From assembly GCF_009914755.1 (NCBI RefSeq), contig NC_060926.1: a DNA stretch of 64,000 nucleotides; one strand, given 5' to 3'. The notes under the pieces were generated by a model, which saw nothing but the letters and a program-made list of their open reading frames with translations, was not told where the DNA came from and searched no databases. A program made the translations under genes and the position numbers. Below are positions 28,884 through 44,107 of the stretch, piece after piece; position 1 is the stretch's first letter; the number at the start of each line of letters is the position of its first letter. Source of the DNA: the human T2T-CHM13v2.0 reference genome, Homo sapiens.

Positions 28884-30202
28884 ATATCCTTTTAAAATTT
28901 TACTTTCTGTTAGTTGCAGGATCTAAAATAAGTATTTTTTATGATTAATAGTTTATCAATTTTTTGATTAATTTTTTTTCAAAGTTGAAAAATAATATAG
29001 AAAAAGAAGAACACCAATTGTGTGCTCAAGTATGTATTCAAGCCTGGTGACTGTTTTTTTTTTTTTAACCTCCTGTTATTACCTCTTGGGGAACTCTTCT
29101 TAGACTTTAGGGTAGATTTCAGGACTGAATGATGGCTTTGGCCACCCCAGCATTTAACCTCCTAGTGGACAGCATTACTGAACGTTTTATAAAAGGCAGC
29201 TAGGTCCATTTTGTCTGTGTAGCCAGGATGCAATTCATGGTTAACAGTTAAAGGTATACCTTACGATTATTATTACCAGGATTTTAAACATTTTGAGGGT
29301 TTTTCTGTAGAATTTGGTCTTAAAGGATTTTTGAATTTATAGATTTTTGTGTACAAACAGGGAACCTGTGGTTCTTTGTATAGGACTGAACATACAATGA
29401 GAATCTGATTATCTTTTTAAGTTAATGTTAATAAAATTTTACACAAAGATTATCAAGTAATTTTGTGATAAAAATTCTGGCCGAATTTAGTATTTGTATA
29501 TCTTATGACTATGTTTGGAAGAATTGGCTAAACTTTTTATTTTGTGAAATAAGTCCTATTAGAATGCCTGTTTGACAACCTTGATTTTTGTAAGCAGCCT
29601 CAATTTGATACTGTCTGATGATTTCCTTCAGTCATTATGAACTATGTGTCAGTGCTATTATAGAGTAAAAACGATCTCTGTGTCTTTCAATTTTAAAGAT
29701 TTATGTGCTTTAATGTGAGGAGAGAATCTTTTTGGTTTGCCTCTTTGCTTATATTTGCTTAGTATTTTTTTCTTTGGGGATGAAATTTTGTGTTTTTGGA
29801 AAAACAATCTTTGCTCATAAAAATCTTGGCTAATTTTTCACAAGTTCTTTCTGTTTTTTAAGGAAAAGTTATTTACAAAATGGTAAAAATGAAGACACAT
29901 TTTTAAAAGTTTTTCAATCGTTTTCTGAAATTTGATAAATTTATTTCGGGGAAAATATACCTGGGAACTACTGCAGCATACAATTTATTAGTAGGCTCCT
30001 AGATTAAACATATTTTCAAAAATCACAATTAAAAACAGTTATTATTGATCTGTTGTATTATATAGCCCTCTTGTGGCCAGCTTTGTATATTACAGCCAAT
30101 TACTATTTGTCTACTTCAGCAAAATGAGAAACTAGAGTACCTTGGAAAGGCTATAAATCTGGCTTTTTGTTACTAATATTTTTTTCTTGACATATATATC
30201 AT
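28884..30202 (+). other. U12-type (minor spliceosome) intron, 1319 nt, apparent AT-AT termini
   Basis: 5' end ATATCCTTTT matches the U12 donor consensus; TTTTTCTTGAC at 30181-30191 resembles the U12 branch site (TTCCTTRAC) with the branch A 12 nt from the 3' end; frame is kept when the intron ends at ...TCAT|ATT CCA GAA. Confidence 0.85.
30063..30079 (-). promoter_or_regulatory. Candidate CTCF motif inside the U12 intron
   Basis: minus strand TGGCCACAAGAGGGCTA resembles the CTCF core CCASYAGRKGGCR with some mismatches. Confidence 0.3.
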
Positions 30203-30344
30203 ATTCCAGAAAATCCTAATCCCAAAAGTGGCATTATTCCAGGCAGTTACAGCTTTGAATCAGTTTTATCAGCTGTAGCTGATTTTAAGGCTCCTGTTTT
30301 TGAACCTGGAGGTTCTATGCAACAAGGCATGTATACTCCCAAAG
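30203..30344 (+). CDS. UBR3: UBR3 coding exon J (142 nt, phase 0-1)
   Basis: IPENPNPKSGIIPGSYSFESVLSAVADFKAPVFEPGGSMQQGMYTPK(A); AAG|gtatgt donor; 5' boundary inferred from frame and U12 geometry. Confidence 0.88.
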
Positions 30345-30752
30345 GTATGTTTATATACATAAATGGACTCTTTCAAATATCAGTTCTTGAATGGTGAATT
30401 CTTCTGTGTATTAAAAGAAAATGTTTACCTTTTATTCGTTCAAGCTTTGGTTTTCTTTTCTCCATTTTGTTATAAATGTATGTCTTTATTGGTAAACAGT
30501 GATACTGCTTTCAATTACTTAGAAATCTATAGCTTTATGTTACACTAAGACTTCTTAGATGACTCTAAACTATAAAGGAAATTTATATTTGAACTCTAAT
30601 TCATTTTTATAAGTGATCATAACCATAAATGAACCAGAAACTATAAAACAAAATGTATATTAAAAAATATTTTGAATGTATTTACTCTCCAAATTTGATT
30701 TTGAAACAGCAAAAGAATCCTCACGACCCAAATTTTAACTTGAAATAGTTCA

Positions 30753-31063
<311 letters not shown>

Positions 31064-31854
31064 AGTCCACATAGAATGCTGATAGCACTTACTTACATTT
31101 TGAACCTATGTTAAATGCACAGAACATTTTCCTTAAGTGGATGATTGGTTTTGGAAGGTTTCTCCCGCATAGATTCATAGTTGACATCCTTGACAGCAGC
31201 CAGAAGTAAGTGAGGTTTTGATTTACACAGTCTTTTTTTGTTTGACTTTCATATTTTCACTTCTCTAAGTGAAAATTTTGAAGGAAGTAGCAGTTACGTG
31301 CTTCTTGACTCCCTCAACACGTTGTCTAAATGAAAAACCAATGCCCATTTTGAAGTTGTAAATAATATACACTGTACTGTGTGTGTTTGGCAAAGCAGAA
31401 CAGAAAAGCCTTATTTGGGATTTTTCAGGGAGTTCACAAGGAGCAAGAAAATCCAGTCTCTGGTTGGAAAGTATTCCATTAAAAGAAAAGCACAGTATTT
31501 TTTTAGTGTAGAGGATATTTTGTGTGTAAAATTAGATGAATTTGGGAGTGGAGTGGTGCTGTGGTGTAGTGCAGTGCTTATAAAAGTGTGATGTGACGAT
31601 TACATCTCTGTCAGACTCACTTGCGCTCCTCATTAAGAATGCAGGCCCCTGTGTCTCACCTCCTATCTGCTATCATCAGAATCTCTGTGGGTGAAATCTG
31701 GGAATCTGCTTTTTAAAACAAGCTGTTTAGATGACTGTTCTGAACAATGCTGAGATGGAATACTGGGCATTCGGAGATTAGAGCAAGGAAATTGAGTGTC
31801 ATATTTAAATACCATATGAATTATATTTGCTAGTTGTGTGGTTTAGGAAATTAG

Positions 31855-32160
<306 letters not shown>

Positions 32161-32529
32161 AGTTTTTTTATCTTTGGATTTGGCTTCTTATCTGTAAAAT
32201 AAGTTTTTAAACTTTTAAAAGTGGTTGAAACAAGCCTCTGGTTTCGGGGACTAAGCCTTAAGTGAATTTGTCATATTAATATAAAACCAACAAAAGCTGG
32301 CTTACTCCTGTTAAAGTGGGTGTGGGTAGTGAACCTAGCTTCTTCTCTGTCCTGCTATCTACTTGCTCCTAAAGTGGCCCCTGTTATACATCTGTGGTAA
32401 TTCAGCTCCATGGAACACTGTTTGAAGCCCACTGGACTAATTAATCACTGAAGTTTTCTTCCATTGCTAAGGTTGTGCAATTCTGATAAAAGCTTTGGCA
32501 TGTTAATTATGCAAAATAATAGACTTTAA

Positions 32530-32848
<319 letters not shown>

Positions 32849-33543
32849 GGACGATAAATGATTCTAGAAATACTAATAAAGATCTTTGTGAAGGACTGTC
32901 TTCAGAATTTTAAGTCATACTTCTGATACTTTAAGATGAATAGCTTGTTACATGAAACTAGGGACAGTGGTTAACAATGGTTAACAGTGTCTTGTGCTAG
33001 AAGGTTGTAATTATAGTGGATGGTTAGGGAGAAGCTTAAGCTTCTTACCATGTTTTCAAATGTTAAGAATTTTGCTAGAGAGAATGAGAGAAAAAAATCT
33101 ATTAAGGAGATACTCTTAAGGCGGTGGTTTCTAAAATTATTATCTCAGTTTATCCTTTAGATTTTTGCCACATCTAAATAGCCTCTCTACTGAAATATAC
33201 TTAGTATTTCACTATTTTTTAAAATGAGTTAACTTAAAAAAAACCTTGCCTCTTCCTAAGCGTGATTATTAGTGAGGTGTCATGAATTTTATTTGCAAGT
33301 TACAATTTTCTAATATACATTATACACATTAAAAATAATTACATAATTATTAAAATGAAAAGCTTTATATACTTAATACTTAAAATCATCTTGTGAACCA
33401 TCAGTTATACACATTCCACACACAAGATAGTGGTTCCTAATTATGCAGAAGGTAAGGAGACAAATTATCAGTTTTAGCAAAGGAGCAGAAAATCTTTTAT
33501 AAACAAAAAAGACTTATAAAGTGGGTCTCTTCAAAATCAATAG

Positions 33544-33852
<309 letters not shown>

Positions 33853-33913
33853 TCATTAATCTTTAAATCTAGTTTTCATGTTTTTACTTTTAAGTACTTT
33901 TTTTGTTTAATAC

Positions 33914-34037
33914 TTTTTTTGGGAAATGAGGTCTGTCTTTGTTGCCTGGGCTGGTCTCAAACTCCTGGGTTCAGGTAAGCCTCCTGCCTAAGCCTCCCAA
34001 GTAGTTGGGACTAGAGGTGTAAGGCATCATGCCCTGC
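33914..34037 (-). mobile_element. FLAM-like Alu monomer
   Basis: diverged monomer. Confidence 0.7.
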
Positions 34038-34386
34038 TTAACTTTAAATACTCTCAAAGATCCTAACCTGCTGTGTTTCTTTCTAATTGGCACCTTACAA
34101 ACAACAACAACAACAATGAAGTAAACTTTTCTGGTGAGGCATTGTTGTATTACAAAACTTTTGTTCTTTAGTGCTTGCTGAACTCAAGAGAACATTCCTG
34201 ATGATGAAATTGTGATTTTTGACTTAGAAAAGTAATCATGGCATCAAGCTTCTTAAGGCAAATACTATAATCAGATTAAATTGTTCTGTGTTTTAAATGT
34301 AAAATATACTTAACAAATGTAATAAGTCAATAAATATTGATTTTATTTCTGAGAAGTCAATGTTTCTACTTTCTTTTGAATAATAG

Positions 34387-34483
34387 CTGAAGTCTGGGAT
34401 CAAGAGTTTGACCCCGTCATGGTCATTCTTCGAACAGTTTACCGTAGAGATGTGCAGTCTGCAATGGACAGATATACTGCATT
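34387..34483 (+). CDS. UBR3: UBR3 coding exon K (97 nt, phase 1-2)
   Basis: taatag|CT acceptor, ATT|gtaagt donor; (A)EVWDQEFDPVMVILRTVYRRDVQSAMDRYTA(F). Confidence 0.92.
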
Positions 34484-35356
34484 GTAAGTCCATCAAATTG
34501 ATTAGCATCATAACAGTATTTTATATTTATATGGAAAAATTTCAGTGATAACACAGATATGATATGCTCTCATTAAAGTATACTTTCATTCTTTAAAGGT
34601 GAAAATAATAATTTAAGGTTTAAAAAATAATCTGGTGGAGATTTATGTTAAGATCTTTATCCAAAATTTGATGTTAATCTGATAAATTTAGAACATGATC
34701 ACTAAATTAAAAAACAGAAACTTATTTAGTTGCTGTTCCATCAGTGGAATTAAAGGCTTGGTTTTGTGTTGTTCTACTTTTGAACCAGTAGAGGAGGCAC
34801 AAGTTAAGAGAATAGAATTCTCTGACATCAGAGATGGTGACGGGTGTCTGTAATAAGTGAACATATTTCTGTGTTCATGACAACTGGGAAAATAGCCAAA
34901 GCAAAATTAATTTTACTTGTAAATATTTAACAAAATAGTTTACGGTATTGATGACTGCAGAAGACAAAAATTTTGAAAGATATCTTTTAAATGCAGAATT
35001 CAATTTTGTATGTTATTGTAAATTGTAGACCATTGTAAATGTATTATTTCACCTCTTTTTAAACCTTAATAGTTAATATTATATTGCCAAATATCACAAG
35101 ATATCATCTTTTACTTGTGCTTTCCTACAGCTAAAGTTAAACATTTAAAAAGCAAGTTTAAATGATGCAAATGTCCTTGATTTTGAGAAAGTATTAGTAC
35201 TTATCCAGATAACTATCAAAGTGAAACTTCTCTTTTGCCAAGACTATGCAGTAATAGAAATATCTATCACAGACAAATATCTGAAGAAAATTTTTAATGT
35301 GGAATTTTAATTCACTTCCTCCCCCAAACAAAACCAAAACGATCTTTAAATCAATA

Positions 35357-35379
35357 ACAACAACAACAACAACAACAAC
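35357..35379. repeat. (CAA)n microsatellite
   Basis: aacaacaacaacaacaacaacaac. Confidence 0.85.
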
Positions 35380-36635
35380 CCAGTTCAGCCATCGGCATCT
35401 CTCTCTCCGTTTCTCTAAACCCTTGGAGAAATTAGACTGAGGTTCTCTTTCTCTGGTTTCTTAACTCCCTCTTTTTCTGCTTTTCATATAGTTTTGTAAA
35501 AATGTACTTGCTTGTAGTCTTTTACTTAACTCTTAGCTCCTTGAGGGAATATATTTTTATCTCTGTATCTCGTCTACATCTTTAATACTTATCTCAATTC
35601 TGGCACTTAGTAGGTATTCATAATATATTTGTTGAATAAATAAATTTGAGTAATTCCTGTTGAAAAATTGAAAAATGAAGAAAATTGGGAAGAAGCATTT
35701 GCATGGAAAACCTTATTGAGACTTCATAAACACCAGTCTTAAATGGCTCTGCCTTTTTTTCAGGGTAGTGATGATGGTTAGTTGTTTTGAATGTATAAGA
35801 ATTAAGTAAATTTTATTCTCTTTTACTTTGTAGTTACTAGAAATTTGTACTGAGATTGGGCTGAAACTTTCAAAGCTTTGAAGGAATCATTAAATAATGT
35901 AATCAATTTTAAATGGGAAATTTTATTTAACAGTACATATTTATTGAATGCTCTGCCTCGGCCTCCCAAAGTGTTGGGATTACACACATGAGCCACCGTG
36001 CCTGGCCGATTTGTTTGCTATTGATCATTTTCATCTGCTTTTTAATTTTAAGGGACAAAAAGTGGCTTAACTGATTATACTGGGAGGGATCTTTTTTTAT
36101 TTGTAAGCAGGCCTTTTGGAGGTCATCTTGCAAACTAAAATGAAAAATGGTCAGATAAATTTAAACTTTTGTGTTCTCACAATTTAGCTCTGTGCCAGGC
36201 ACTTTAAAGGCAATCAGTAAATATTTGTTAAACGAATGAAAAGTAGATTTCTTTCAGTTTTTGTGCTGAGAGTTTAAGTGAAAGTAAGCCATTTGCTTTA
36301 TGTGATGCTTAGATGCTTAGAATTTTAGGCTCTTATTGCTGGAAAAGGCCTTTAAGATCTAGTCCAGGTTTTATAAAAGCGTCTTGTGGGCCATCACTGG
36401 AAGACAGAGTTGGGCAACAGCAAGAAGAGGCTTAAGCGAGTGAAAGTGGCTCATCCTGCTTCCCTCACTCCCTTCCAAATACCCCTGAGTGGGCATTCAA
36501 CTCTTAAAAAGAAAACAAAAACAATACAACAACAACAAAGCAAACCAGCAGTTGGAAAACCATCCATTCATTTCAGTGTTATATTTTATATATGAAGACA
36601 TTGTGGCTCAGAAAAGCTCAGTGAAAATATGTCTG

Positions 36636-36939
36636 TTTTTTGTTTGTTTGTTTTTGAGACAAGGTCTCACTTTGTCACCCAGGCTGGAGTACAGTGGCGT
36701 GATCATAGCCCACTGCAGCCTCCAACTTCTGGACTCAAGTGATCTTCCCATCTTACCCCCCTGAGTAGCTAGGACTACAGGTGCACACCACCATGCCTGG
36801 CTAATTGTTTAAAAGTGTTTTGTAGAGGTGGGTTCTTGCTATATTGCGCAGGCTGGTGTTGAACTCTTAGTCTCAAGTGATCTTCCTGTCTCAGCCGCCC
36901 ATAGTGCTAGGATTATAGATGTGAGCCATTGTGCCCAGT
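36636..36939 (-). mobile_element. AluJ
   Basis: antisense Alu; flanking repeat aaatatgtctg. Confidence 0.86.
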
Positions 36940-37471
36940 GAAATATGTCTGACAGTGGCAGTGTTGTTAGAACTATGAGCTAGGCCATTTCCAAAGATAG
37001 AAATGATTTCATAAAGCATCTGTTTTAAATTCAACTGTAAAGTACATTTTTAAAAATATGTAATTTCTTATATTTCTGTTGCCTCCTGTCTCCCATCTTG
37101 AAGGTTAATGGCTGCTGCCCCATGTTTGAAAGTATGATGTATGAGTTTATATATATCATTTTTGTCTCAAACTAGTCAATAATTACGTGTTGGTTTGAGT
37201 CACTTAAATAATTTTTTTCTGTCATGTAGCATTTCATTTGCATTATTCTATTAATGCTTTTGAAAAGAGCAGTCAAAATGATGTATTACTTGGGCCTTCA
37301 ACAAATATATAACCTTTATTTTGGAACAATTTATTAATCTAGGTGCCACATATTTAGTGGCTACTGCTTAAAGCAAACAAAGAAATGAAGTAAAATTAAA
37401 AATTGCTTTTTTTATGCTAAATGAAATAGAATAGTTGAAATATTTCATCATGACTATTGGGATCATTTTGA

Positions 37472-37846
<375 letters not shown>

Positions 37847-37987
37847 TAAATGCAAAGTTAATTTTATAGCATCTTCATAATCATAGGTACAGCATATTTC
37901 TCTGATATATTAATGATAGTTTTCTTATTTTTAAGATTTTTTTTCTTCATTCTATGTAGTATTTGTTTCCTCTAAGATGCGTTTTCT

Positions 37988-39140
37988 TTTTATTATTATT
38001 ATTATTATTATACTTTAAGTTCTAGGGTACATGTGCACAATGTGCAGGTTTCTTACATATGTATACATGTGCCACATTGGTGTGCTGCACCCATTAACTC
38101 GTCATTTACATTAGGTATATCTCCTAATGCTATCCCTCCCCACTCCCCCCACCCCACAACAGGGCCCGGTGTGTGATGTTCCCCTTCCTGTGTCCAAGTG
38201 TTTTCATTGTTCAATTCCCACCTATGAGTGAGAACATGCGGTGTTTGGTTTTCTGTCCTTGCGACAGTTTGGTCAGAATGATGGTTTCCAGCTTCATCCA
38301 TGTCCGTACAAAGGACATGAACTCATCCTTTTTTATGGCTGCATAGGATTCCACGGTGTATATGTGCCACATTTTCTTAATCCAGTCTATCATTGTTGGA
38401 CATTTGGGTTGGTTCCAAGTCTTTGCTATTGTGAATGGTGCTGCAGTAAACATACATGTGCATGTGTCTTTATAGCAGCATGATTTATAACCCTTTGGGT
38501 ATATACCCAGTAATAGGATGGCTGGGTCAAATGGTATTTCTAGTTCTAGATCCTTGAGGAATCACCACACTGACTTCCACAATGGTTGAACTAGTTAGTG
38601 TAAAAGTGTTCCTACTTCTCCACATCCTCTCCAGCACCTGTTGTTTCCTGACTTTTTAATGATCGCCATTCTAACTGGTGTGAGATGGTATCTAATTGTG
38701 GTTTTGATTTGCATTTCTCTGATGGCCAGTGATGATGAGCATTTTTTCATATGTCTGTTGGCTGCATAAATGTCTTCTTTTGAGAAGTGTCTGTTCGTAT
38801 CCTTCGCCCACTTTTTGATGGGGTTGTTTGATTTTTCCTTGTAAATTTGTTTAAGTTCTTTGTAGATTCTGGATATTAGCCCTTTGTCAGATGAGTAGAT
38901 TGCAAAAATTTTCTCCCATTCTGTAAGTTGCCTGTTCACTCTGATGGTAGTTTCTTTTGCAGTGCAGAAACTCTTTAGTTTGATTAGATCCCATTTGTCA
39001 ATTTTGGCTTTTGTTGCCATTGCTTTTGGTGTTTTAGACATGAAGTTCTTGCCCATGCCTGTGTCCGGAATGGTATTGCCCAGGTTTTCCTCTAGGGTTT
39101 TTATGGTTTTAGGTCTGACATTTAAGTCTTTAATCCATCT
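37988..39140 (-). mobile_element. 5'-truncated L1PA (L1PA4/5-like), antisense
   Basis: ORF2 C-terminal peptide (ORF 38595-39149), 3'UTR; TSD tctaagatgc(g/a)ttttct at 37971-37987 and 39138-39154. Confidence 0.94.
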
Positions 39141-39745
39141 AAGATGCATTTTCTATTGTTCAGTCTCTAGCTTTCAAGTTAGAGGCATTCCCCAGATGTC
39201 TGACAATGTTGACTGCTTGTTATTAAGAGCTCTTGAGTGCATTGGTGGAACTAGTAGATTCTGAATTTTAATATAGGGTGATTTGGGTAGGCAGGTTGGT
39301 TGAGAAGCACTTGTGTTAGATCTTTCTTTTTGGCCTGGTCAGATTCCTCAGGGAAGTATCCTCAGATATTGCCCAGAAGGAAATGGTATTGGTGCTATTA
39401 TTCTGTAAACGGATTGAGAGACAAGGCCTAGGGACTCTGAGTCAAATACTTATATGATGATTTTAATCTCTCATCCTCATATCCTCAATTGTACTTGCTA
39501 TTTGATCCTCCCCAGAGATGAGTTCTGTAGCCAAAATTCTGTTTCAGTGGTGGAAAGGCAGTTTTCATCCGATCCTCCTTATTTTAGCCCCTTGCCTTCC
39601 CACCTCCATTTATAAAGGTATCAGGTGCTGCCAATTTTGTTGCTCATTTTTTAATTGCACTTTTTATTATTGAGTTTTAAGACCTCTTCATATATTCTGA
39701 ATACTAGACTTATCAGTTATATGATTTGCAAATATTTTCTTTCTC

Positions 39746-40032
39746 CTTTTTTTTTTTTTTTGAGACACTGTCACTCTGTTGCCCAGGCTGGTGGCATGAT
39801 CACAGTTCTCTGCAGCCTTGGGCCTTCCCAGGCTCATGTGGTCCTGATTGGCTTCCCGAGTAGCTGGGACTACAGACATACGCCATCACACATGGCTAAT
39901 TTTTGAATTTTTTGTAGAGATGGGGTCTCTACATGTGTTGCCCAGGCTGGTTTGATCTCTGCAGCTTAAGTGATCTGCCTGCCTCAGCCTCCCAAAGTGT
40001 TAGGATAACAGGCATGAGCCATTGTGCCCGGT
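39746..40032 (-). mobile_element. AluJ within an L1M relic
   Basis: diverged antisense Alu. Confidence 0.8.
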
Positions 40033-40611
40033 CTGTAAATGTTTTCTGTCATTCTGTGGATTGTCTTTTTCACTTACTTGAAAGTGTTCTTTGGGTCACA
40101 AATGTTTTAAATTTTGATGAATTCCAATTTTTTTCTTTAATTTTCCTGTTTGTTGCCTAAATTAATTTAATTTTCCTTCTGTTGCCTAAATCAAGGTCAC
40201 AGATACCTAAACCTATGTTTTTCCCCAAGAGTTTTATGCCTAAAAATATAAAACTAAAGCTGAAGCTTTTACATCAAATTCTCTGGTCGATTTTGAGTTA
40301 GTTTTTATGTATGCTGTGAGGTAGTGGTCCAACTTAATTCTTATTCATGTGGTGTTCCTTTGAGTTTTAATAGACCTTGCCTGTTCAACAACCTGGGCCT
40401 CATACATCTTTTTTTGTGGATAACTTAAAACTACACATTCACTTTCTTTAAAGGTTTTAGGCTTGCTTAGGTTATTTCTTGAAAAAAATTACTAAGTTAT
40501 ATTTTTCTAAGAAATCTTTATTTTAAGTTTATATTTAATGATTAAAAAAATCTTCCTTGTGTTTTTATTCCTATTATTTATTTGTGTTTGCTATTTCTTA
40601 TTTTGAATTAG

Positions 40612-41038
<427 letters not shown>

Positions 41039-41039
41039 C

Positions 41040-41337
41040 TTTTTTTTTCCTTTTTTGAGACAGTCTCACTCTGTCTTCCAGGCTGGTGTGTAGTGGTGCA
41101 ATCTTGGCTCACTGTAGCCTTTAACTCCTGGGCTCAAGCGATCTTCCCACCTCAGCCTCCTGAGTAGCTGGGATTACAGGGGTGCATCACCATGCTTGGC
41201 TAATTTTTGTATTTTTTGTAAAGACAGGGTTTCATCATGTTGCCCAGGCTGGTCTTGAACTACTGAGCTCAAAGTGATCTGCTTGCCTTGGCCTCCCAAA
41301 GTGCTGAGATTACAGGTGTGAGCCACTATGCCAGGCC
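41040..41337 (-). mobile_element. AluJ
   Basis: adjacent diverged Alu. Confidence 0.85.
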
Positions 41338-42233
41338 ATTATTATCTTCTTTCAATTTAGTTTGGATTGTCTTTTTTCCTTTTCTTGGATACTTGGTCAT
41401 TGCTGTTGTTTCAGTGCATTTGGTTTTCATTTTTAATTACTCCCTTTTAATTTTTATTGTTATAGATTTTAAAAATATTTTTAATTGATATATCTTAGCC
41501 TTAACATTACCTTTTACACAGTATTTGAAGATACTTCTCTGATAGTTTCATACATGTATACAATGTGTAATGATCAAATCAGGGAAATTGGGATATTCAT
41601 CACCTCAAACATTTATCTTCTTTTTATGTTGGGAACATTACAGTTCTTCTAGCTATTTTGAAATATAAAATACATTATTATTAACTATAATTTGGATGCT
41701 TAGTTGTTGATTTTTTAACAAATGTATGGATTTTAAGGCTATGTATTTCCTTCTAAGTACTACTTTAGTTGTGGCCCACAACTTTTTCTATATAGTTTAG
41801 GCTTTAAATTTTTCTGTTATGATTTTTAATGGCTTCTGAATTTCTAAGAGCATAGCGCCTTAAAATGTCTGCATGTCTGGAGTTTTGAGTTATATTTTTA
41901 AGTTGGTTTCTAGTTTTATTTGCTATGTGACAAGTGAATGTGGTTCATGTATCTGTTTTTTTGATATTTTTGAGATTTACTTTGCATTCTACATAGTCAA
42001 TTTTTATAAATATTCTAAGCGCTGTTAAAATTATGTGTATTCACTACTTGTTGCATGTTGCCTTTGCCCATGCTTCTTAATTGTGTTGTTAAAAATCTTA
42101 AAACTGTTTACCAATGTTTTTCTGGCTCTCATTTAGATAAGTATGTTAATATCCTTTACTATGGTTGTAGATTTGTCGTTTTCTCTGTGTAATTCCCTCA
42201 AAATTTGCCTTTTGTATTATGAGGCTGCTATTA

Positions 42234-43266
42234 CAGTTGTCCCCTCTTATCTGTGGTTTAGTTTTCTGTACTTTCAGTTACCTGTAGCCAATGGCTGTCC
42301 GAAAATATTAAATGGAAAATTCCAGAAATAAGTAATTTATAGATTTTAAATTATATGCCATTATAAGCAGGATGATGAATTCTTGTGCCATCCTGCTCTG
42401 TCCCACCTGGAATATGGATTGTTCCTTAGTCCAGTGTACCATGCTGTATATACTACTCACTTGTTAGTTATTGACATTGTCTGCTCCTGACATCCAGCCA
42501 TCACATTGTCATGGCCTGATGATTCAGGATCACCTGAAGCAGATATTCCTCCTTCTGATGACATGTTGTTAGAAGGTCATTAGTAGCCCGATACCATGTC
42601 ACAGTGCTTACCATCATTCACTTCACTTCATCTCATCACATAGGCATTTTATCATCTCATATCATCCCAAGAATAACAGGAGTGAGTATAGTACAATGGT
42701 CCCCCTCTTATCCTCAGGACATGTTCCAAGACCCACAGTGGATGCCTGAAATGAGGGATGGTATCCAAACCCTATATATACTATGTTTTTCTCCTACAAT
42801 ACATACCTATGATAAAGCTTAATTTATAAATTAGAGATAGTGAGAGATTAACAGTAATAACTAAAGATAAAATAAAACAATTATAACAATACTCCGAATG
42901 GCATCCAATTGAAAACCTGTGAATTATTTCTGGAGATTTTCATTTAATATTTTCTGACCATGGTTGACCATGGGTAACTGAAACTGTGGAAAGTGAAACT
43001 AGGTATAAGGGGGACTACTATACATAAGGTATTTTGAGAGAGAAAGCATGTACACATTCACCTAACTTTTATTACAGTATATTGCTGTAATCTATTATCA
43101 CTTACTGTTGTTAATCTCTTACTGTGTCTAATTTATAAATTAACCTTTATCATAGGTATGTATGTGTAGGAAAACATAGTATGTAGAGAGTTTGTTATTA
43201 TCCATATTTTCAGGCATCTACTGGGGGCTTTGGAACGTGTTCCCTGAAGATAAGAGGGGACTACTG
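42234..43266 (+). mobile_element. MER44 (Tigger7-family) DNA transposon, host copy
   Basis: TIRs cagttgtcccctcttatc ... gataagaggggactactg, TA on both sides. Confidence 0.8.
42694..43020 (-). mobile_element. MER44A-like MITE nested in the opposite orientation
   Basis: TIRs caatggtccccctcttatc ... tataagggggactacta, TA at 42692-42693 and 43021-43022. Confidence 0.75.
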
Positions 43267-43965
43267 TATTTGCATACAAGTTCATAATTATCTTCTTGGG
43301 GAACTTGTTCTTACATCCCAGAAGAGACAGACAAGCTAATTCATTCTCCTTGTGAGTTACTCTTTCAGTGAGGGTAAAGCCTGTCAAGGGTCTCAGCTTT
43401 AGATGGGATCTCAGTTCTATCTCTGAGCCTTGTGTGAGCCCAACATACCTTGTGATCTGTTTGCTCAAGGACTTTAAAACCACTGGCACAGTGTTAGTGC
43501 TTGTCATTAATTCCTTCTTTTTTTCTGGTAACTGGAGAATTCCACTTTTGTGTGAGCTCAAATACGCATTCAAAAGATTACATTTATATTTTATCCAGCT
43601 TTTCCAACCATTCGTAGTGGGAGAATTTTCAGGTCGTCTATTTTGCTTAATCGTTACAGCTGGAAATTTCCTTGCTGAGTACTTCATGTGTATTCTTTCT
43701 GTTCATTTCTCTTTGTTAGCACTTTAAAGTTTATATATTTTTTAATTTTCAGCTTAGCTCTCTTTACTCATCTTTAGCCATTAGGAAAAGAAATAGTAAT
43801 GTTCATTGTGTAGAGAATAGATACCTCTTTGGCATTTTAAGCAATTTGATTAAAAATAGCACTGCATAAAATATTGTGACAGAAATTGGTGTCTATAAAT
43901 TACATTTAAACCACAGTTTGATTTTGAGGCTATCATCTAATTCTAGTTTTGTTTTATTTTTACAG

Positions 43966-44107
43966 TTTAAAACAGAGTGGAAAATTTCCTGGAAATCCCT
44001 GGCCTCCATATAAGAAAAGGACATCACTCCATCCTAGCTATAAAGGTCTTATGAGACTTTTGCACTGTAAAACTTTACACATTGTGCTATTCACTCTGCT
44101 TTACAAG
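43966..44107 (+). CDS. UBR3: UBR3 coding exon L (142 nt, phase 2-0)
   Basis: tttttacag|T acceptor, AAG|gtacag donor; LKQSGKFPGNPWPPYKKRTSLHPSYKGLMRLLHCKTLHIVLFTLLYK. Confidence 0.92.

Noticed and set aside
30208-30209. AG in ttccag as the acceptor for exon J
   Set aside because: With the U12 donor at 28884 it removes 7 coding nt and breaks the frame; no GT donor rescues it.
43133-43727. 184-aa and 119-aa opposing ORFs
   Set aside because: Partly overlap the MER44 end, show no recognisable protein features, and K joins L in frame without them.
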